Of a stretch of 12,269 nucleotides of DNA, positions 5,741-12,269 are shown one piece after another. How positions within the stretch are numbered: the stretch's first letter is position 1; every line of letters starts with the position of its first letter. Source of the DNA: Nitrospinaceae bacterium. Its GTDB lineage: Bacteria; Nitrospinota; Nitrospinia; Nitrospinales; VA-1. The stretch is from positions 1-12,269 of the forward strand of contig JBHHVU010000076.1 in the NCBI GenBank assembly GCA_046754465.1. The letters are read 5' to 3'. The notes under the pieces are model-generated. The model had not been told where the DNA came from, did not search any database, and was given only the letters and a program-made list of their open reading frames with translations. Both the position numbers and the translations under genes were made by a program.

Positions 5741-7033
5741 ATGAAAGGCATCATGAAAGCCGTGGAGCTTTTCCTGGTTCTGGGACTGGTTTTTCCTTTC
5801 CCCAGCTTTGGAGAGGAAATCCTTGAGGAGCCAACGGGGTTGCTTTCACTGGATCGGGCGATTTCCCTGGCTTTGACAAAGAACCCGGAACTGGAAGCTT
5901 TCTCTCTTGAAATCCGCGTCAGGGAGGCCAGGGCATTGCAAGCCGGTCTGCTGCCCAATCCCGATTTGGATGTCGAGGTGGAAGACGCCGGGGGATCGGG
6001 AAAGTTCAGCGGATTCCAACGCACTCAAACCACGATTCAACTGAGCCAGTTGATTGAGCTTGGTGCCAAACGGGCGCGCCGGGCCCGGGCCGCTTCCCTG
6101 ACCAAGGAACTGGCGACATGGGATTACGAATCCAAACGTGTCGATGTTTTGACCCAAGTGACCCAAGCGTTTACGGATGTTCTGGGTGCCCAGCAGAAAC
6201 TGAATCTCATGCGGAATCTGGTGGCTCTTGCGGAACGGTTCCGATTCACGGTTTCCGAGAGAGTGAAAGTGGGAAAGGTTTCCCCGATCGAAGGAATCAA
6301 GGCCAAGGTGGCGCTCTCCTCCACTCTCATTGAATTGGAGCGTGCCAAAAGAAAATTGAAGGTCACCCGCAAAATACTGGCCGCTGCGTGGGGAAGCACC
6401 ATCCCCCGTTTCAAGGCGGTGAAGGGGAATCTCTATTCCATCGCGCCCATCCCCTCGAAAGAAGATCTGTTCCAACGGATATTCGACAATCCCGATCTGG
6501 CGCGCTGGTCTACGGAAATCGCCCAACGTCAAGCGGTGGTGGACCGGGAAAAATCGAAGGCCATTCCCAGCATCACCTTGGCGGGGGGCTACCGCAGACT
6601 TGAAGAAAGTAATGACAATTCCATTGTCTTCGGAATTTCCGTTCCGCTGATGATTTTCAATCGCAACCAGGGGAGCATACAGGGATCTCTCCATGAATTA
6701 TCCAAGGCGGAAAGCAACCGCCGCCGCGCCGAAATCCTCGTCACGGCCGCGCTTTCTGAAGCTTACCAAGCGCTGGCGGTCTCGCATGCGGAAGTGATCT
6801 CCCTGAAAAGTCAAATCCTTCCCGGAGCGCAACAAGCCTTCGACTCCATAAACGAGGGCTATCGTGTGGGAAAATTTGGGTTCCTGGATGTTTTGGACAG
6901 CCAGCGGACCTTGTTTCAGGCTAAAGCCCAATTTCTGGATGCCCTGACAACTTACCACAAAGCCGTGGCCGGCGTGGAACGCTTGGCCGGAGGATCCCTC
7001 AATACCGGTTTGTTGAATAAGGGCACGAAATAA
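5741..7033 (+). CDS. czcC: Outer membrane factor, TolC/CzcC family
   Basis: LSLDRAISLALTKNPEL, QAGLLPNP, SVPLMIFNRNQG, YRVGKFGFLDVLDSQRTL. Likely start is ATG 5741 after GAGG; the ORF extends to 5663. Confidence 0.9.
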   Translation: MKGIMKAVELFLVLGLVFPFPSFGEEILEEPTGLLSLDRAISLALTKNPELEAFSLEIRVREARALQAGLLPNPDLDVEVEDAGGSGKFSGFQRTQTTIQLSQLIELGAKRARRARAASLTKELATWDYESKRVDVLTQVTQAFTDVLGAQQKLNLMRNLVALAERFRFTVSERVKVGKVSPIEGIKAKVALSSTLIELERAKRKLKVTRKILAAAWGSTIPRFKAVKGNLYSIAPIPSKEDLFQRIFDNPDLARWSTEIAQRQAVVDREKSKAIPSITLAGGYRRLEESNDNSIVFGISVPLMIFNRNQGSIQGSLHELSKAESNRRRAEILVTAALSEAYQALAVSHAEVISLKSQILPGAQQAFDSINEGYRVGKFGFLDVLDSQRTLFQAKAQFLDALTTYHKAVAGVERLAGGSLNTGLLNKGTK

Positions 7034-7045
7034 AAGGACCCAAGG

Positions 7046-8653
7046 ATGCTGAAATATCAAAAAATCTTGATAGGGATAGGCGGAATTCTTTTGGTAATCC
7101 TGTTGGTGGCCGCGGTGCTATTTTCGAGGAAAGATTCCCCTCCACCACCGCCGGAAAACTCCCTGGAAGCCCGCCAGGAAGAACACGATCATCACGAGGA
7201 CGAAGGGAAGGCGGAAGATGCGGACGGCGCCCATGAAGAAAATCGCCGGGAGGGGGGCCGCGAAATAAAAGATCATGGTACAGATCAACACTCCGACGAG
7301 CACGAACATGAAGACCAGGACGAACATCACGAAAAAATCATTTCCGTCAGCCTTCAGGAAATGGCGGCGTACAACATCCAGGTGAAAACCGCCGGACCCG
7401 GCAATCTAGAAACCTATGTGAACCTGCCCGGCGAAATCGTGGTCAACGCGGACCGATTGGCCCACATCGTTCCCCGGGTCAGCGGCATCGTCCGTGAGGT
7501 TCGAAAAAACCTGGGCGATGTGGTCCGCGCCGGGGAAATCATGGCGGTTCTGGAAAGCTCGGAACTCGGTGAGACGATGACTGAGTATTTCCAAAGGAAA
7601 CTGCAATTGAGAATCGGCCAGACCGACCTGGCCCGCGCCCAGACCATCCATGACAACACCCAAAGGATGCTGGCTATTCTCAAGACCTACCCGGACCCGG
7701 AAATCGTTCTGGATAAAACGAAAAACCTGGATATGGGCCGGAACCGGAGCCGCCTCATTTCTACATACGCCAACTTCCTTTTAACAAGGGCCACTTTCAA
7801 TCGGGAAAAAAGCCTTTATGAAAAGAAAATATCCAGCCAGGCGGATTACCTGATAGCGCAAAGCGAATACAAAAGCGCCCAGGCGGAATACCTGTCGGCA
7901 TATGATGAAATTTCCTTTTCCATAAAACGCGAATTGATCGAAAAGCAGAGCGCAGTCGAATTGGCACGGACCGCGCTACGGGCCGCCCAGCGGCATCTGC
8001 ATGTCTTGGGGATTTCCCTGGAAGAAATCCAGCAACTGCAAGAGGGGGGAGACCGGGGCATCAAGGTGGCCCGTGTCGAGGTTCCTGCCCCCATAGCGGG
8101 AACGGTCATTGAAAAACACATCACCCTCGGGGAGATGCTGCAAAGAGATGCCAAGGCTTTCGTTCTCGCCGACCTGAATTCCGTGTGGGTGAACCTCAAC
8201 GTTTACCGGAAGGAAATGCCCCTCATCCGTAAGGGTCTGGAGGTGATCATCACCGCCGGCAAGGGGATCCCAGACTCCAAAGGCACCATTTCCTATGTGC
8301 GATCGCTGGTGGGTGAAGAAACGCGGACGGCCCTCGCCCGGGTGGTTCTTCCCAACCCGGACGGACTCTGGCGGCCGGGTCTTTTCGTGACCGGCAAGGT
8401 GGCCGCCGAAAATATAGCCGTCCCCCTGGTCATCCCAAAAACCGCGGTGCAGAACATCGAAGGAAAAAACGTGGTCTTCATCAAAAAAGAAGCGGGGTTC
8501 CTGCCGCAACCCGTGACCCTGGGAAGAACCAGTGAAACTCAAGTGGAGGTGATTTCCGGGATGGTTCCCGGACAACGCTACGTGGCGCAAGGCGGGTTCA
8601 CCCTGAAAGCCCAGTTGGCCAAGGGAGGATTCGACTCCGGACACCATCATTAA
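7046..8653 (+). CDS. czcB: RND periplasmic adaptor, CzcB family, with His/acidic N-terminal linker
   Basis: N-terminal TM helix and His/Glu-rich segment. AHIVPRVSGIV, APIAGTVIEKH, ADLNSVWV, TRTALARVVLPNPDGLWRPGLFV, C-terminal GHHH. Confidence 0.9.
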   Translation: MLKYQKILIGIGGILLVILLVAAVLFSRKDSPPPPPENSLEARQEEHDHHEDEGKAEDADGAHEENRREGGREIKDHGTDQHSDEHEHEDQDEHHEKIISVSLQEMAAYNIQVKTAGPGNLETYVNLPGEIVVNADRLAHIVPRVSGIVREVRKNLGDVVRAGEIMAVLESSELGETMTEYFQRKLQLRIGQTDLARAQTIHDNTQRMLAILKTYPDPEIVLDKTKNLDMGRNRSRLISTYANFLLTRATFNREKSLYEKKISSQADYLIAQSEYKSAQAEYLSAYDEISFSIKRELIEKQSAVELARTALRAAQRHLHVLGISLEEIQQLQEGGDRGIKVARVEVPAPIAGTVIEKHITLGEMLQRDAKAFVLADLNSVWVNLNVYRKEMPLIRKGLEVIITAGKGIPDSKGTISYVRSLVGEETRTALARVVLPNPDGLWRPGLFVTGKVAAENIAVPLVIPKTAVQNIEGKNVVFIKKEAGFLPQPVTLGRTSETQVEVISGMVPGQRYVAQGGFTLKAQLAKGGFDSGHHH

Positions 8654-8667
8654 AAGGAAAACTCAAA

Positions 8668-11600
8668 TTGGTTAAGAAAATAGTAACTTTTTCCCTGCAA
8701 AGCAGGCTGGTTATCATCGTCCTGGCGGTTGTAACCATGGCGGCAGGGTTTTATAGCTACAGGCAACTTCCCGTGGACGCTTTTCCGGATGTTTCCCCCG
8801 CCCTGGTCCAGGTCTTCACGGAAACGCAAGGGTTGTCGCCGGAGGATGTTGAGAAATACGTGACCTTTCCGATTGAAGTGGTGATGAATGGCCTGCCGAA
8901 CCTGAAAAAAATCCGGTCGGTTTCCAATTTCGGATTGTCGGTCATCAATATCTATTTTGAAGACGGGACGGATATCTATTTCGCGAGGCAGGTGGTCAAT
9001 CAACGTCTGCAGGAGGCGCGGGAAAACATTCCCCAGGGTTTTGGCGAACCCCGGATGGGACCCATTTCCACGGGCATGGGCTTGGTTTTGTTTTATTACC
9101 TGGAAGATGAAACCGGAAAACGTTCCCTGGAAGAACTGCGGACCCTTCAGGACTGGGTGGTCAAGTTTCATCTGCAGACCGTGCCCGGCGTCACGGAAGT
9201 TCTCGGAATCGGAGGCTACGAAAAGCAATATCACGTTTTGATCGATCCCGATTCCCTGCTGCGCTATCGGGTGAACCTGAATGAGGTCATCGAAAAAATC
9301 CGATCCAACAACCTGAACGTGGGAGCTCAGTTCATTGAAAAAAATGCCGAGGAGTACATCGTGCGTTCGGTGGGTCTCGCTTCGAATATAGAGGATATCG
9401 AAAATATCATCATCAAGACCATTGACGGCACGCCTGTTTTCCTGAAGCAACTGGCCGAAATCCGCGTGGGAGGGGCCGTTCGGAGGGGCGTCCAGACTCG
9501 CAACGGCATCCAGGAAGTCATAGCGGGAATGGTCATCAAACTGTTCGGAACGAATGCCTCCACCGTGATTGAACATACCGAGGCCAAGCTGAAAGAGATC
9601 AATCGCATATTACCCAAGGGGGTCCGGATCGTTCCCTACTACGAACAGAAAACCCTCATCGAGGCCTGTGTGAATACCGTTACCACCGCACTGGTTCAAG
9701 GCATCATACTGGTCATTCTGGTCCTGATGGCCTTTATGGGCGGGTTCCGGCCCAGTGCGGTGGTGGCCCTTTCCATTCCCTTTTCGGTTCTTTTCGCCAC
9801 GTTATGGATGAAATACCTGGGCATCTCCGCCAACCTGATGTCGTTGGGGGGGCTGGCCATCGCCATCGGCATGATGGTCGATGGAACGGTGGTGGTGGTC
9901 GAGAATGTGGACCGGATTCTCCGCGAGGCCAACCCGGAGGAATCACGCGTCAGTGTGGTAGCCCGGGCTTGTGTCGAAGTGGGACGTCCCATTCTTTTCG
10001 CGATATCCATTATTATCATTGTATTCCTGCCGCTGTTCACCCTCCAGGGCGTCGAGGGCAAAACCTTCCGTCCCCTGGCGTACACGGTGGCCCTGGCCAT
10101 GCTGGGTTCCTTGATTTTTGCCCTGTTCCTGGCTCCCGTCCTGTCACAATTTTTGATGCGGCGGCCCGATAATCCGGAAGCCCCGGAAACCCTCTTGATT
10201 CGATGGATCACCAAGTCCTACCGGCCGTTGGTGGAATATTTTGTGGCCCGGCGCAAGATGGCCATCGGACTGGCCGGGGGTCTTCTCCTCATCGGCGCCC
10301 TGGTTTTCCCCCTGCTGGGGACGGAGTTTACCCCCACCCTTCAGGAAGGGACCATGGTGCTGCGCCTGACCATGGCGCCTTCCATCTCCTTGAAAGAAAG
10401 CACCCGCATTACCCTGCTGGTGGAGAAGCGGTTGATCAAATTTCCCGAGGTCACCGGGGCCGTCACCCGGATCGGACGCGGCGAGGTCGGCGCGCACACC
10501 GACCCCATTAACAGCGCGGAAATGTACATCCTGCTCAAACCCAAGGATGAATGGAGATTTTCCAACCAGGAAGAACTCCAGGAAGCCATCCGTAAACACC
10601 TGGGAGAAATTCAGGGCGTTCTCACCAACTTCACGCAGCCCATCGCCATGACGGTGGACGAACTCCTTGAAGGCGTGCGCGCCGAACTGGCGATCAAACT
10701 TTTCGGCGACGACCTGGACACCCTGAAACAGAAAGCGGATGAAATCGCCGCGGCCGTAAAAACCGTGAGAGGCGCGGCGGATGTGCAGCCGGACCAGATC
10801 AGTGGTACGCCGCAACTGCTCATCAAGGTGGACCGGCAAGCCATCGCCCGATATGGCATCAACGTTTCGGATGTCCAGGAAGTGATCCGCGCCGCGGTCG
10901 GCGGCGAGGTGGCGGGGCAGGTTTTTCAGGGAATCCGGCGGTTTGATATTCTCGTCCGCTTCGTCCCAAAAGCCCGGAAAACCAAGGAGGAGATCGCCAA
11001 AATCCTCATCCCGGCTCCGGGAGGCGCCCAGGTGCCCTTGAACCAGCTTGCAAGCATTCAGGAGATCATCGGTCCCCGCCAGATCACCCGGGAAAACAAT
11101 CAACGGTTCATCACCGTGCAGTGCAATGTGACCGGGAGGGACATCGGTTCCTTCGTTAATGAGGCCCAACAGGCCATCGCCAGGCAAGTGAGTCTGCCCC
11201 CAGGATACCTGGTTACCTGGGGCGGCCAGTTCCGGCTTCAGCAGGAGGCCAATAAACGGCTGGCGTTGGTGGTCCCGATCACCCTGCTCATCATTTCTAT
11301 TTTGTTGTATTCCAGCTTCAACTCCCTGCGGAATTCATTGCTGATTCTTCTCAATATCCCCCTCGCGCTGGTGGGCGGCGTGCTGGGTCTCTGGGTGACG
11401 GGACAGAATTTATCCGTCCCCGCCTCCGTGGGCTTCATCGCCCTGTTCGGTATCGCCCTGGAAAACGGCATGGTCCTGGTGACCTATTTGAACCAGCTGT
11501 TGCGGGACGGTATTCCCCTGGACCGGGCATCGGTCCAGGGGGCCTGCCTGCGCCTTCGGCCCGTCTTGATGACGGCGCTCACCACCGCCCTCGGTCTCAT

Positions 11601-11751
11601 TCCTCTCCTGTTTTCCCATGGGACGGGCAGCGAGGTGCAGCGCCCCCTGGCGACCGTGGTCGTCGGCGGGTTGGTCACCTCGACTTTTTTGACCTTGCTG
11701 GTCATTCCAGCTCTTTATAAATGGTTCGCGATAGACCCCGAGGAATTGTGA
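8668..11751 (+). CDS. czcA: Heavy-metal efflux RND permease, CzcA/CusA family
   Basis: 1027 aa, TTG start after AAGGA. LPVDAFPDVS, ANLMSLGGLAIAIGMMVDGTVVVVEN, VGFIALFGIALENG, RLRPVLMTA, GSEVQRPLATVVVGG. Confidence 0.95.
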   Translation: MVKKIVTFSLQSRLVIIVLAVVTMAAGFYSYRQLPVDAFPDVSPALVQVFTETQGLSPEDVEKYVTFPIEVVMNGLPNLKKIRSVSNFGLSVINIYFEDGTDIYFARQVVNQRLQEARENIPQGFGEPRMGPISTGMGLVLFYYLEDETGKRSLEELRTLQDWVVKFHLQTVPGVTEVLGIGGYEKQYHVLIDPDSLLRYRVNLNEVIEKIRSNNLNVGAQFIEKNAEEYIVRSVGLASNIEDIENIIIKTIDGTPVFLKQLAEIRVGGAVRRGVQTRNGIQEVIAGMVIKLFGTNASTVIEHTEAKLKEINRILPKGVRIVPYYEQKTLIEACVNTVTTALVQGIILVILVLMAFMGGFRPSAVVALSIPFSVLFATLWMKYLGISANLMSLGGLAIAIGMMVDGTVVVVENVDRILREANPEESRVSVVARACVEVGRPILFAISIIIIVFLPLFTLQGVEGKTFRPLAYTVALAMLGSLIFALFLAPVLSQFLMRRPDNPEAPETLLIRWITKSYRPLVEYFVARRKMAIGLAGGLLLIGALVFPLLGTEFTPTLQEGTMVLRLTMAPSISLKESTRITLLVEKRLIKFPEVTGAVTRIGRGEVGAHTDPINSAEMYILLKPKDEWRFSNQEELQEAIRKHLGEIQGVLTNFTQPIAMTVDELLEGVRAELAIKLFGDDLDTLKQKADEIAAAVKTVRGAADVQPDQISGTPQLLIKVDRQAIARYGINVSDVQEVIRAAVGGEVAGQVFQGIRRFDILVRFVPKARKTKEEIAKILIPAPGGAQVPLNQLASIQEIIGPRQITRENNQRFITVQCNVTGRDIGSFVNEAQQAIARQVSLPPGYLVTWGGQFRLQQEANKRLALVVPITLLIISILLYSSFNSLRNSLLILLNIPLALVGGVLGLWVTGQNLSVPASVGFIALFGIALENGMVLVTYLNQLLRDGIPLDRASVQGACLRLRPVLMTALTTALGLIPLLFSHGTGSEVQRPLATVVVGGLVTSTFLTLLVIPALYKWFAIDPEEL

Positions 11752-11781
11752 TTGGATTGTTGATCCAGGAAAGGACAAATC

Positions 11782-12123
11782 ATGAAACAGATCAAGGCGT
11801 ACATCAAACCCCATAAGCTCAGCCAAGTCACCCGGGCGCTTCACAAGGTGGACGGGCTGACAGGAATGAGCGTGACCGAGGTCAAGGGGTTTGGCCGCAG
11901 CCGGGCAAAAAACGCCCCCCATCGAATCATCGAGGATTTCGTGGAATACGTCCCCCACGTCAAGATTGAAATCGTTTGTGAAAATGGGTTGTTGGACACC
12001 ATCGTCCGGACCATCCAGGAAAATGCCCATACAGGCTTGCGGGGTGACGGGAAAATTTATATTTTGGCGGTCGAGGACGCCATCCGCATTGAGAACGGAG
12101 ACCGGGGTGAGCACGCGTGCTGA
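11782..12123 (+). CDS. PII-family signal transduction protein, non-canonical metal-efflux-associated type
   Basis: 113 aa. MKQIKAYIKP, VKGFGR, VKIEIV and B-loop HTGLRGDGKIY are present; the T-loop is divergent. Confidence 0.92.
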   Translation: MKQIKAYIKPHKLSQVTRALHKVDGLTGMSVTEVKGFGRSRAKNAPHRIIEDFVEYVPHVKIEIVCENGLLDTIVRTIQENAHTGLRGDGKIYILAVEDAIRIENGDRGEHAC

Positions 12124-12131
12124 TGGCAAGG

Positions 12132-12233
12132 CCCGGGCGGAGTGCCTCCGCTCGCGATTCGTCACTCCTCATATGGCGGACAAAGGTGGGCTGGCGATGA
12201 TGCTCTGACCTATTTCCCTCCGGGCGTGGCGGG
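12132..12233 (-). repeat. Dispersed intergenic repeat, copy F (possibly followed by a truncated tandem copy to the window end)
   Basis: ATATGGCGGACAAAGGTGGGCTGGCGATGATGCTCTGACCTATTTCCCTCCGGGCGTGGC closely matches 2096-2154. ACATGCGTT at ~12254-12262 matches copy D at ~2184-2192. Confidence 0.85.
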
Positions 12234-12269
12234 GGATCAATCGGCGTATTCGAACATGCGTTCGAGGCA

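Noticed and set aside
315..12208. Long antisense or alternate-frame ORFs (e.g. 315-1028-, 2368-3036+, 3480-3716-, 5846-6694-, 8650-9576-, 10144-11187-, 11410-12165-)
   Set aside because: Shadow ORFs overlapping well-supported genes, with no recognisable motifs.

Overview
Bacterial chromosomal window (taxon not determinable from sequence alone). It opens with the last 55 nt (domains V-VI) of a group IIC intron. The first ~5 kb hold small, mostly hypothetical genes: a Cys-rich putative Zn-binding protein, a DUF4177-like protein, an AsmA-like protein, a secreted Gly/Lys-rich peptide, a DUF2059-like protein and a 2-TM protein. A heavy-metal efflux operon follows: a His-rich leader gene ending in RSPP, then czcC-like, czcB-like, czcA-like genes and a non-canonical PII protein. 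Five signals are not explained by the genes. (i) A dispersed ~105-115 bp intergenic repeat occurs in at least six copies and is bounded by two short hairpins with compensatory base changes; one copy abuts the intron 3' splice site. (ii) A self-contained ~190 nt transcription unit carries a 14-nt perfect complement to the 16S rRNA 3' tail and a 14-codon ORF. (iii) The His-rich leader carries a RAPP-like candidate arrest motif. (iv) Tandem CRP-type boxes lie upstream of the secreted peptide. (v) A multi-hairpin RNA lies downstream of that peptide.
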